Source: an uncultured Candidatus Saccharibacteria bacterium
Lineage (GTDB): Bacteria > Patescibacteriota > Minisyncoccia > Phycocordibacterales > Zambryskibacteraceae
NCBI GenBank assembly: GCA_964642835.1
Contig: CAZXQA010000001.1
Coordinates: forward strand, 325,387-389,386
Direction of reading: 5' to 3'
DNA: 64,000 bases
In this document: one piece after another, positions 45,658 through 56,620 of the stretch
Layout: each line of letters starts with the position of its first letter
How positions within the stretch are numbered: position 1 is the first letter of the stretch
Made by a program: the position numbers and the translations under genes
The notes under the pieces: generated by a model
The model's input: only the letters and a program-made list of their open reading frames with translations
Told to the model about the DNA's origin: nothing
Databases searched by the model: none

Positions 45658-46299
45658 CTACTTCTGTTTCTTCTTCCACTCCTCAATCTTGGCCTGGTGG
45701 CCGGAAAGGAGAATTTTCGGTACACGATAATTTTTCCCCTTATATGTAAAGACTTCTGGCCGGGTGTAGACCTGGTCGGTCGAAGCGCGGCGCTCCTCAA
45801 GCGAGTCGAAGTTCCCAAGCACACCCTCAATCTGACGCGAGATAACATCGGCAACGATCATAGCTGGCAGTTCCCCGCCCGTGAGGACGAAAGGGCCGAC
45901 GGAAACACTCTCCATCTTAAAGACCTTCCGCACACGCGCATCAATTCCTTCGTAACGACCGCAGACAAGGATGACGTGTTTGTACTTCTTCGCGAGCTTC
46001 GTAGCAGACTCGTTGGTAAATTGCGCGCCGCGCGGTGAGAAGAAAAGAATCTTCGCCTTACCTTTAGCCACTTTCTGCGCGGCGGCAATCGCCTTCACTA
46101 CAGGCTCAGCCTCAATAACAAGGCCAGGACCACCACCATACGGCGGGCGGTCTACCCTCTTCCACTTATTCTCAACGAAGTCACGGGGGTTGTAGAAAGA
46201 GACCTTGATCTTCTTATCCTCCAGAGCGCGCTTCAAAATCGACTCACCGAAGTATGAGTCGAACGCGTGCGGAAAAAGTGAGATAAGGTGAAAATACAT
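45658..46299 (-). CDS. trmD: tRNA (guanine-N1)-methyltransferase
   Basis: PYGGGPG, CGRYEGIDAR, SVGPFVLTGGE, YTRP, LLSGH. Confidence 0.97.
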   Translation of the reverse strand: MYFHLISLFPHAFDSYFGESILKRALEDKKIKVSFYNPRDFVENKWKRVDRPPYGGGPGLVIEAEPVVKAIAAAQKVAKGKAKILFFSPRGAQFTNESATKLAKKYKHVILVCGRYEGIDARVRKVFKMESVSVGPFVLTGGELPAMIVADVISRQIEGVLGNFDSLEERRASTDQVYTRPEVFTYKGKNYRVPKILLSGHQAKIEEWKKKQK

Positions 46300-46329
46300 G
46301 ACTGTAAGCTAGAAGCTCTAATCTAGAAA

Positions 46330-46671
46330 CTACTCAAGATTCAAATCGTCGAGCACGTCGTCGAGCTCCTTGGCAGGCACGACGCGGTCACTCGCTCGAC
46401 GACCGAAAGTGGCAGCAGGCTCATTGATCTTTAAGTTGATGCGCGCGTTGTGCTTCATGCCGACAACACGGAGAAGGATGCGGATCGCCTTGGCGGTGTT
46501 ACCCGAACGACCGATGATCTTCCCCATATCATCCGGGTTCACATCAAGTGTCATAAGAACACCCATCTCGTCGACGGTGCGAGTGATCTTTACATCCTCA
46601 GGGTGATTGACGAGGGCTTTTACCACGTATTCCAGGAACTGGACGTCATCTACCATGGTCATATCGGTCAA
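46330..46671 (-). CDS. khpA: KH-domain RNA-binding protein
   Basis: DMGKIIGRSGNTAKAIR; rpsP-khpA-trmD order. Confidence 0.9.
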   Translation of the reverse strand: MTDMTMVDDVQFLEYVVKALVNHPEDVKITRTVDEMGVLMTLDVNPDDMGKIIGRSGNTAKAIRILLRVVGMKHNARINLKINEPAATFGRRASDRVVPAKELDDVLDDLNLE

Positions 46672-46701
46672 GGTTAGAGGCCCGGGGCTGCTATGCCGCT
46701 A

Positions 46702-47007
46702 TTATACCGCGGCTGAAGTCTCTTGAGTGGCAGAGACTGGGGAGACGCGGGCGACGGCAATCTTCTTGCCGCGGATAACACCCTTCTTCACGAGGAGGTT
46801 GTGAACGGTCGGAGTGGCCTTGGCACCCTTGGAGAGCCAGTAGGTGACGCGGTCAGCCTTAATGACTTCGTTCGTTTTGCGAGGATCATAGGCACCGAGC
46901 ATCTCCTTGAAGCGGCCGGACTTGGTCGAGTTCTCGGATTCGGTCAAAACGAGTCGGTACGCCGGCTCGTGAGCTCTCCCCACTCTCTGTAATCTGATCT
47001 TTAACAT
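46702..47007 (-). CDS. rpsP: 30S ribosomal protein S16
   Basis: MLKIRLQRVGR...YRLV...GAYDP...YWLSKGA. Confidence 0.96.
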   Translation of the reverse strand: MLKIRLQRVGRAHEPAYRLVLTESENSTKSGRFKEMLGAYDPRKTNEVIKADRVTYWLSKGAKATPTVHNLLVKKGVIRGKKIAVARVSPVSATQETSAAV

Positions 47008-47052
47008 GGGCTATAGAGTATCAATAAAGGCGAGCAAGGTCAAATACAGGCA

Positions 47053-47283
47053 AAGAAAAAGCGCCCTGTAAAGCAAGGCGCCGGAATGGTGTGGAGTTTG
47101 TCAGGGTTCTCATGTTTTACCCTCAAGCCGTTTCGGCCACCACGCTAGGTACAGGGTTGGCTCGAGCCAACTAATCTAACGGAGATGAGAGCCCCGCTGA
47201 CTCGAGAGGAATTTCACCTCTCTTAACTCGCGAGAGCGGCCGTGTAGCCAAACCGGGGAATCTCCCCGTCTCACGATCATTTG
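47053..47283 (-). ncRNA. Candidate multi-hairpin ncRNA with own promoter and terminator
   Basis: TTGACA-17-TAAGAT (47289-47317); about six hairpins; terminator 47053-47081; only a 34-codon ORF. Confidence 0.4.
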
Positions 47284-47350
47284 TAACCATCTTAGCATAC
47301 TCTGTAAAACTTGTCAAGCACTTTCTTGAGTATCAAAATTGAGCCTTATT

Positions 47351-48229
47351 TTAGAGGCTTTTCTCCGCTTCGAGGAACTCGTCCAATTCCCCATTCAACA
47401 CTTTCTCAACCTGCGAGGTTTCGACATTAGTCCGGTGATCTTTGACCATCTTATAGGGATGAAGGACGTAGGAGCGGATCTGGCTCCCCCACTGGTTCTC
47501 GGTCGTTTTAGAAATATACATCCCCTTCTCCTTGGCGAGACGTTCTTCCTCGCGGAGTTTGTAGAGCTTCGCTTCAAGCAAGCGTTCGGCCTTCTCCTTG
47601 TTTTGAGCCTGGCTGCGCTCCGTCTCGACGTGTACCGCGAGATTCGTCGGGATATGGACGAGACGGACCGCCGTCTCACGCTTGTTGGCATTCTGCCCTC
47701 CTGGACCAGAAGAACGGGAGAGTTCAACGCGCAATTCCTCGGGAGGGATCTTCACTTCCTCGGCTTTATCAAATTTCGGAATCACTTCGACCATCGAGAA
47801 GGAGGTGTGACGCTTCTCATTGGCATTGAAGGGCGAGACGCGGACGAGGCGATGCACACCTGACTCGTTCTTGAGCGTACCGTAGACACTCTTGCCCTCC
47901 ACCTCGAGGGTGACGTTCCTGTATCCGCCGTGATCGTTCTCGTTCTTGTGAAGCACGCTCGCCGACCAGCCTTTGTTCTGGAAGAGCTTGAGATACATCT
48001 CGAGAAGCATGTGGGAGAAGTCTTCCGCGTCGTCCCCACCCGCGCCCGAAAAGATGGTCATAACCGCGCTTCCGCGATCATACTTCCCCACTCCTTCGAG
48101 CTCATCCTTTAACTTCTGCAATTCCTTGATCTGCGTCTGCGCTCTGTCCTTGTCAGACCAGAAGTCAGCCTCGCCCATCGCGGTCTCAATAACCTCTATC
48201 TGTTTCTGAATGTCTTCTTTGGTAGCCAT
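47351..48229 (-). CDS. prfB: Peptide chain release factor 2 (short form, no programmed frameshift)
   Basis: ESGVHRLVRVSPF, SGPGGQ, WGSQIRSYV. Confidence 0.93.
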   Translation of the reverse strand: MATKEDIQKQIEVIETAMGEADFWSDKDRAQTQIKELQKLKDELEGVGKYDRGSAVMTIFSGAGGDDAEDFSHMLLEMYLKLFQNKGWSASVLHKNENDHGGYRNVTLEVEGKSVYGTLKNESGVHRLVRVSPFNANEKRHTSFSMVEVIPKFDKAEEVKIPPEELRVELSRSSGPGGQNANKRETAVRLVHIPTNLAVHVETERSQAQNKEKAERLLEAKLYKLREEERLAKEKGMYISKTTENQWGSQIRSYVLHPYKMVKDHRTNVETSQVEKVLNGELDEFLEAEKSL

Positions 48230-48246
48230 GACAAGGTGTGAAAAAA

Positions 48247-48322
48247 TGGAGCCGAAGACCGGGATCGAACCGGTGACCTGCGGTTTACGATACCGCCGCT
48301 CTACCAACTGAGCTACTTCGGC
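48247..48322 (-). tRNA. tRNA-Thr(CGT), CCA encoded
   Basis: GCCGAAG...CTTCGGC-T-CCA; anticodon arm GCGGT-ATCGTAA-ACCGC. Confidence 0.96.
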
Positions 48323-48409
48323 AAGCGAGAAGCTGTGAGAAAGCTCGCTTGATCACACGCTTCGAGCGCTGCCGAAGAGAGCGAAGCGCTCTAGGCAGCC
48401 TTCTCACGG

Positions 48410-48482
48410 AGCCAACAATCGGGATCGAACCGATGACCTCTTCCTTACCATGGAAGTGCTCTACCAACTGAGCTATGTTGGC
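48410..48482 (-). tRNA. tRNA-Thr(GGT)
   Basis: GCCAACA...TGTTGGC-T; anticodon arm CTTCC-ATGGTAA-GGAAG. Confidence 0.96.
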
Positions 48483-48539
48483 ACACCAACGAACTTCGAA
48501 ATCATATTACACCGCAGTCAAAGTTTCAATCGAAGAACG

Positions 48540-49103
48540 TTAATACTTCCGAAGCACCGCCTTCACCACCGCCGCGATCCGCAATTCCTCGGTGGGATAG
48601 ATCGGCTTATATTTCTTATTCCCCGGTTCGAGCCAGACCTTGCCCGTCTTCTCCCGGTAATACTTCATCGTCCATTCCCCATCGACTTCGGCAATGACGA
48701 TCTGTCCGTCCTTCGCGCGGCTCGTCCGCTCGGCAAGGACGCGATCCCCAGGGGCGATGTGAGCGTCAATCATCGAGTCACCATCCACCTCGAGCATGTA
48801 GGTAGATTCCTTTTTCTGGATAAGGAACTCATCGAGACTAATGGTATCCGAGAGCTCTTCTACCGCCGAAGGGATACCTGCCTTCACAAAGCCAAGCATC
48901 GGGATCTCATCAAAGAGATTCGTCGGCACGAGGCGGCCCAAGTGATCCTTGGCCACGACTCCAGCTTCCACGAGCTTCTCGACGACCTTGGCGACGGCGT
49001 TCTTGGACTTGAAGCCGAGGAGCACCGCCATCTCGGCATACGTCGGCATGCGTTTCCGAGACTGGTAGAATCCGAGAATTTTGTCGGCGTGACTATCGTG
49101 CAT
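48540..49103 (-). CDS. lexA: LexA repressor
   Basis: wHTH MPTYAEM..LLGFKS, cleavage site VKAG, catalytic GDSM and TMK, PGN..Y. Confidence 0.88.
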   Translation of the reverse strand: MHDSHADKILGFYQSRKRMPTYAEMAVLLGFKSKNAVAKVVEKLVEAGVVAKDHLGRLVPTNLFDEIPMLGFVKAGIPSAVEELSDTISLDEFLIQKKESTYMLEVDGDSMIDAHIAPGDRVLAERTSRAKDGQIVIAEVDGEWTMKYYREKTGKVWLEPGNKKYKPIYPTEELRIAAVVKAVLRKY

Positions 49104-49302
49104 ATTCGTTTGTCACCAATCCTACCATGCGACCAAGGAAGGACTTCGGCTTGTGCCTGAGCTCCCTCGTGAGACCAAGGAGGCGCTTGTGGCGCTGAGC
49201 CTCACTGCCATACCCCAGTCCGGAGAGAATCTTCCGGTCAATACTTTCATTGAGCCTTTCGAGCTCCTGTTCAACGATGTGAAGATACTGGTGTTTGGTC
49301 AT
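49093..49302 (-). CDS. Small helical protein overlapping the lexA start
   Basis: MTKHQYLHIVEQELERLNESIDRKIL...; 11-nt overlap with lexA. Confidence 0.7.
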   Translation of the reverse strand: MTKHQYLHIVEQELERLNESIDRKILSGLGYGSEAQRHKRLLGLTRELRHKPKSFLGRMVGLVTNEYAR

Positions 49303-49338
49303 GGCAATAATCATTAAATGAGTATGTCATGAGTATAA

Positions 49339-49354
49339 GTGAACGATCGTTCAC
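49339..49354. promoter_or_regulatory. Putative LexA operator (GAAC-N4-GTTC)
   Basis: Perfect palindrome GTGAACGATCGTTCAC next to a minus-strand TATACT (49332-49337) upstream of the lexA operon. Confidence 0.7.
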
Positions 49355-49408
49355 CGACCAGTGGACAACGCAGTACGACACAAAAATAAAAGGCTTTCGA
49401 GACCCGTG

Positions 49409-49663
49409 TTACGGTGCTTTCTTGAGTTCCTTGGCCGCTTCTTCGGCTTCACGCACAAGACGAGTCATCTCGCCCTGACGAGTGGTGTTGCGGCTTTCGA
49501 GCTCGGCAATCTTTGCCTTCAGCGCTTCTACCTCTGCGTGTTCTTTCCTCTCTTCAACCTCAGCTTTTTGGAGCTCTCTTGTGAGCTTATCGTGCTCGCG
49601 CTTATCTTGTTCGATCTCTCGCTTTAAGGAGTCGATGGCACCGTTCTTTGCTGAACTGTACAT
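49409..49663 (-). CDS. Small coiled-coil protein
   Basis: E/K/R-rich 84-aa ORF right after tRNA-fMet. Confidence 0.65.
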   Translation of the reverse strand: MYSSAKNGAIDSLKREIEQDKREHDKLTRELQKAEVEERKEHAEVEALKAKIAELESRNTTRQGEMTRLVREAEEAAKELKKAP

Positions 49664-49681
49664 ATGTGTAAATTCTTATTG

Positions 49682-49752
49682 TTGCGGGTATCCGATTTGC
49701 ACGGATGCCTACAGGTTATGAGCCTGTCGAGGTACTGCTCCTCCAACCCGCT
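49682..49752 (-). tRNA. Initiator tRNA-fMet(CAT)
   Basis: A1xA72 mismatch, A11:U24, anticodon arm ACAGG-CTCATAA-CCTGT, T-loop TGCAAAT. Confidence 0.88.
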
Positions 49753-49849
49753 ATTAGGTAGACGTCTCAGATTCTACCGCGTTTCTTGAGAAATGCAACA
49801 ATATACGGTATAGTTTCTGCACCTTTGCCGGTAGGTGACAACTGGCCGC

Positions 49850-49921
49850 GTCGGTGTAGTTCAACGGTTAGAACGAGGGACTCATAAGCCCTAGACAGTG
49901 GTTCGACTCCACTCATCGACA
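49850..49921 (+). tRNA. tRNA with CAT anticodon (probably elongator Met; Ile2 not excluded)
   Basis: GTCGGTG...CATCGAC-A; AGGGA-CTCATAA-GCCCT; TTCGACT. Confidence 0.88.
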
Positions 49922-49973
49922 CAAGGTGTAATTTTTTTGATAAGATTACATCCGTTCATGGATCCGCAATATT

Positions 49974-50047
49974 GCGGGTGTAGCTCAACTGGTTAGAGCA
50001 CTCCCCTGTCACGGGAGAGGTTACGGGTTCGAGTCCCGCCACTCGCG
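49974..50047 (+). tRNA. tRNA-Asp(GTC)
   Basis: GCGGGTG...CACTCGC-G; CTCCC-CTGTCAC-GGGAG. Confidence 0.95.
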
Positions 50048-50076
50048 CATTGGTTTAAGTAAGCTATACTTTCCAA

Positions 50077-50382
50077 ATGACGAAAGTAATTTTCCGATGG
50101 TTTTGGATAGCCTTAGGAACAGCAATAATTTTGCATCTCATCTTTGGATTGAGTGTATTTATACACGCCCTTATTCCAGGAAGCGTCTGCTCAAACTTGG
50201 AAGGATTTGATACCCACCCCTGCACGTTCGCCGAAGCAACGCAGAGTCTCAAGGAATTACCTTATGTATTAGAAATGATTGTGATGTTTTCCTACGGCTT
50301 GTCGTTATTAATACCCCTTGCTGTAATTTTTACTGGAGGATTAATTTTTGAATTATATAAAAAGAAGAAAAGAAAGCTGTAG
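50077..50382 (+). CDS. Low-GC two-TM membrane protein
   Basis: Two hydrophobic helices, Cys pair in the loop, basic tail; TATACT-6 nt-ATG. Confidence 0.7.
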   Translation: MTKVIFRWFWIALGTAIILHLIFGLSVFIHALIPGSVCSNLEGFDTHPCTFAEATQSLKELPYVLEMIVMFSYGLSLLIPLAVIFTGGLIFELYKKKKRKL

Positions 50383-50408
50383 TACCACTAATCGATCGAT
50401 ACGCTTTT

Positions 50409-51080
50409 CTAGATAATCTCAAACTCCTTAAAGACCTTCTCGAAGAGAGAAATGATGCGCTTGGCTTCGCGCTCCGAGAGTTCGAAGGCGCTGCCGGCAT
50501 GAGCAATACGGTTGCGAACCTTGTGGGCTTCCCAGGCATCGTCGAGGGTAAGCATGTCGGAAGGCTCCACCGCCTTGAGCATTTCCCCCACCGAGTCGCC
50601 GTGATACTGCTGCGCGCGGAGAAGCTCGTCGAGGATGATATCCGCTTCAATGATGGATTGGCGCCACCCGGCCGAAGTACCTGAGTTCAGAAGCGAGATG
50701 ACGTGTTCCCACTTCTTGTTCACCCTCTCTTCCGGCACGCCCTTATTCATAAAGAGCTCGTCCGAAATCTCCGGGCCATAAATCGTGGCTTCTTCCTTCT
50801 GAAGCGCCTTGAGCTTGCGACTGCTCTGGACTCCCCACCACGCGACGCCAAGCGTAAAGAGTACCGCGAGAGGCTTCCACCACTGCCACGCATGCGCGAA
50901 GAACAAGAGAAGATGATCCCAGAAGTTCGTCACGGGCGTCGTATTGAGCGTACCCACATAGAGCCATACGCGGTTCAAAATGATACTGATAAAGAGAAGA
51001 ACGACCGCGACAAAGATCGTCTCGTATAAATGGTTCTTATGAAATACCGAAGGCGGAGCCTTTTTCTTGTCGTCTGCCAT
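50409..51080 (-). CDS. Hypothetical membrane protein
   Basis: Two TMs, then W...WRQSIIEAD..LD...GE.LK...AWEAHKVRNRIAH (HEPN-like RxxxxH tail). Confidence 0.8.
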   Translation of the reverse strand: MADDKKKAPPSVFHKNHLYETIFVAVVLLFISIILNRVWLYVGTLNTTPVTNFWDHLLLFFAHAWQWWKPLAVLFTLGVAWWGVQSSRKLKALQKEEATIYGPEISDELFMNKGVPEERVNKKWEHVISLLNSGTSAGWRQSIIEADIILDELLRAQQYHGDSVGEMLKAVEPSDMLTLDDAWEAHKVRNRIAHAGSAFELSEREAKRIISLFEKVFKEFEII

Positions 51081-51085
51081 GCCCT

Positions 51086-52381
51086 CTATTCTCGCATGAA
51101 ATCTTTCCCGGCGGTAAAGAGGTTATCCTCGCGGCCCAGATCGGCTAGAAGTTGAATACCGAGTGGCAAAGTGTCCGAGAAGCCGGAAGGCAGAGAGATA
51201 GCTGGAACCCCAGCGATGTTCGCGGAAACCGTGAAGATATCCGCAAGATACATGGCTAAAGGATCTGCCGTCTTCTCGCCGGCCTTGAATGCGGCGGTTG
51301 GGGTCGTCGGGGTAAGAATAAGATCTACCTGCCGGAAAGCTTCGCGCAACTCTTTTGTAATAAGGCTCTTCATGGCCAATGCGCTCCCGTAATATTCGTC
51401 AGAATAACCGGAGGACAGTACATATGTGCCGAGAAGAATGCGACGTCGAGTTTCCGCGCCAAAGCCTTCCCCTCTTGTTTCAAAATAATCCTCGATACCC
51501 GTACTTCCCTCTTTGCGCAAACCATACTTCACACCGTCAAAACGGGCGAGGTTAGAGGAAGCTTCCGCAGGCATAATGATGTAATACGCCGCGAGCGAGT
51601 AAGCGATATGCGGCAACTCGATATCCACAAGCTCGTAGCCCAATGCCTTGAAACGCTCGCATGCCTCAGCAAAATTGGCCTTGACGATCGGGTCCACGCC
51701 TTCGGACTCAACGAAAGCACGAGGCACGCCGATCCGCTTGGCAAACTCCTTCGTACGAGGGTATGTTGTGTCATCAATCGTCGTGGAATCCATTGAGTCT
51801 TTCCCTTTCATAACATCGTAGAGAAGCTCCGCGTCTGTGACACTATGAGTAAAGGGTCCGATCTGGTCGAGAGAAGACGCTAGAGCAATAAGCCCGTAGC
51901 GGGAAATTCTGCCGTACGTTGGCTTCAAACCCACCACTCCGCAGAAGGCTGCTGGCTGGCGAATGGAGCCGCCCGTATCAGACCCAAGCGCGCCCCAGAC
52001 CAAGTCTGCCGCGACCGCCGCCGCCGATCCGCCTGAGCTTCCTCCTGGTACACGCGAAAGATCATGAGGATTCTTTGTCATGCCGAAGGCTGAGTTCTCG
52101 GTCGAGCTACCCATGGCGAACTCGTCCATGTTCGTTCGCCCGACAATAATCGCGCCAGCAGCCTTCAATTTCTTCACTACCGTTGCGTCATAACTTGCCG
52201 TGTAGGGCTCAAGAATCTTAGACCCCGCGGAAGCCGTATGACCTTCAAGGAGAATGTTGTCTTTAAGCGCGATCGTCTTCCCCGCCAAGGGGCCCGTGCT
52301 AGACGCGACAACGGGCGCGTCGAACACTTCGAGGAAGGCGTGAATGTCTTTATCCTTTTCTCTGATTTCTTGCGGGGTCAT
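51086..52381 (-). CDS. gatA: Asp/Glu-tRNA amidotransferase subunit A
   Basis: KDN, TNMDEFAMGSSTE, GGSSGGS, SDTGGSIRQPA. Confidence 0.97.
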   Translation of the reverse strand: MTPQEIREKDKDIHAFLEVFDAPVVASSTGPLAGKTIALKDNILLEGHTASAGSKILEPYTASYDATVVKKLKAAGAIIVGRTNMDEFAMGSSTENSAFGMTKNPHDLSRVPGGSSGGSAAAVAADLVWGALGSDTGGSIRQPAAFCGVVGLKPTYGRISRYGLIALASSLDQIGPFTHSVTDAELLYDVMKGKDSMDSTTIDDTTYPRTKEFAKRIGVPRAFVESEGVDPIVKANFAEACERFKALGYELVDIELPHIAYSLAAYYIIMPAEASSNLARFDGVKYGLRKEGSTGIEDYFETRGEGFGAETRRRILLGTYVLSSGYSDEYYGSALAMKSLITKELREAFRQVDLILTPTTPTAAFKAGEKTADPLAMYLADIFTVSANIAGVPAISLPSGFSDTLPLGIQLLADLGREDNLFTAGKDFMRE

Positions 52382-52662
52382 AAAATTTTCTTTACCTTCA
52401 CATATTGTCCTTCGCGCGCGGGAGCGGCGGCAAGCAAGACTTCCGAATACGCACCAGATTCATGGGTAGAAACATCCTCACGCATAACGTTTCTTACTGG
52501 GAACTGCTCTGCCGAACGAGGAGTAGCAGCGCCCGAAACAGCCTTCACCTCACCTACGTATTGCAAAATACTCTCGAACTCGTGCGAGAGATGTTCGGCC
52601 TCCTCATGAGAAAGCTTGAGGCGGGCCAAGGAGGCCAATTTGAGCACTTTTTCCTTATCCAT
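52378..52662 (-). CDS. gatC: Asp/Glu-tRNA amidotransferase subunit C
   Basis: KLASLARL...NVMRED...YVKVKKIL; overlaps gatA. Confidence 0.93.
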   Translation of the reverse strand: MDKEKVLKLASLARLKLSHEEAEHLSHEFESILQYVGEVKAVSGAATPRSAEQFPVRNVMREDVSTHESGAYSEVLLAAAPAREGQYVKVKKIL

Positions 52663-52721
52663 GGGCGTATTTTAGCATAAAAACAGGCGGGCTTGAGAGC
52701 GCCGCCTGTTCCCGAACTTGA

Positions 52722-52973
52722 TCAGTTCATTTCACTTAATTGCTTGCATCTCACGCATAACCTGGTGCCGGGAACGGCCTCGAGGCGCTTCAACGGAATC
52801 GGTTCTTCGCATTCCGAGCAAGTCCGAACGGTCCCTTCGGCATTCTCTTGAACCGAAAGATCCATTCTGACTTTCGCAATAGCGGAAGTAACGAACTGCT
52901 CCGTTGCCAACGCCGCCTGGTCGGCCAGATCTCCACGTCCAGCATCAGGAATCACACTCGCGCGTCGAATCAT
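52722..52973 (-). CDS. TraR/DksA C4 zinc-finger protein (cassette)
   Basis: DLADQA (DxxDxA) tip; CSECEEPIP.KRLEAVPGTRLCVRC; GGAG SD; terminator 52682-52710. Confidence 0.85.
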   Translation of the reverse strand: MIRRASVIPDAGRGDLADQAALATEQFVTSAIAKVRMDLSVQENAEGTVRTCSECEEPIPLKRLEAVPGTRLCVRCKQLSEMN

Positions 52974-53053
52974 GGTTCACTCCACGGTTATTCAGTTGTT
53001 GTTGATTAGAGGGGTGAGGTAGAACACTTCTACATCTAACTATGCCAAAAATC

Positions 53054-55542
<2,489 letters not shown>

Positions 55543-55543
55543 A

Positions 55544-56071
55544 TTACCAATTAAGAAGATTCTCTCGGGCCTTAAATTGTCTCACGACCGATCCTTTTGA
55601 CCAGTTGACCGTCACGGTGACGGCAATCTCGGTCGCGCTCACCGCGCTTAACGTAATTTCCCGACGAAACGGCGTGGCATTCCAACTACTATCATATCCA
55701 TAGAAACCGGCCGGACTCTGCCTCACAAGCGGACACGCGCCCACGCTCGGGCAGCGAGTGGCAACGCCACTTTCGGCTGGACTCACGACGCACGCCTGGC
55801 CGAAGTAACACGGGTCCGAAGAGTTAGAAGCAATGCCTGTGAGCCATGAACGCCCATTGAGACGGTTCTCATCGCGAATATTTCTTATCTGTTCGAATCC
55901 TTCCTGCGCAAGATAGAAGGAAACGATCTGTTCCTTCGAGAAGATATACGAGGAGAGACCGCTCTGAGCCGCGCTCATCGCCCCCATGATCGCGAGCGTC
56001 AACACGGCGATCGCCACGAGGCTCTCGATAATGGTGAATCCTTTATGTGTCGTGTGAGTGAAGGAAATCAT
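55544..56071 (-). CDS. Minor pilin, PilV-like
   Basis: KGFTIIESLVA...LAQEGFE.IRNIRD. Confidence 0.88.
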   Translation of the reverse strand: MISFTHTTHKGFTIIESLVAIAVLTLAIMGAMSAAQSGLSSYIFSKEQIVSFYLAQEGFEQIRNIRDENRLNGRSWLTGIASNSSDPCYFGQACVVSPAESGVATRCPSVGACPLVRQSPAGFYGYDSSWNATPFRREITLSAVSATEIAVTVTVNWSKGSVVRQFKARENLLNW

Positions 56072-56077
56072 AAGAGG

Positions 56078-56620
56078 TTATATATCGAGAGCGCGTTGCG
56101 ACACAAGCGTTTGAAGCGTAAAGTCCGTGCGCTGTTTGGTCCCCGCGTGAGCCTTCACCGCGATGAGAACCTTGGGTTGCAGAAGATTGTCCGTCCCCGC
56201 CCCCACGGTATAGAAGGTGAATGCGTCGATCAGGGCTTCCGGAGAAGTCACGGGCTGGAATGAACCGGTCCCCTCTTGACGCTCGAGCATAGTGCCGTTC
56301 AAGCGGTAGGTCACCTGTACGTTGTAGGCATCAAGGAAACTCATGGATGTCGCCCCACCCGCGCAGTTCTGCGGCGTGGTTATCGTCCCCGTAGCACCGC
56401 AGTGATAATTCCTGCCGTATCGCATCTCGCGCGACATGCCTTCGAGAGCCAGGTTAAGACTCGTCATGACGGCCTTCAAGGTGTGCGACTTTCGGTTGGC
56501 GTCAAAGATGCCGAGAATCGAACCCATGCTCACCGTCATAACAACAAGGAAAATAGAAAGCGCCGTCATGAGTTCGATGAGTGTGAAGCCGCGTTCTCGT
56601 GAAGTGTTCATATGCATCAT
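56078..56620 (-). CDS. Minor pilin, PilW-like
   Basis: RGFTLIELM class III signal. Confidence 0.88.
   Translation of the reverse strand: MMHMNTSRERGFTLIELMTALSIFLVVMTVSMGSILGIFDANRKSHTLKAVMTSLNLALEGMSREMRYGRNYHCGATGTITTPQNCAGGATSMSFLDAYNVQVTYRLNGTMLERQEGTGSFQPVTSPEALIDAFTFYTVGAGTDNLLQPKVLIAVKAHAGTKQRTDFTLQTLVSQRALDI

Noticed and set aside
48230-48307. N-terminal extension of prfB (similarly ORFs 1736-1984 and 21478-21912)
   Set aside because: These read through tRNA genes.
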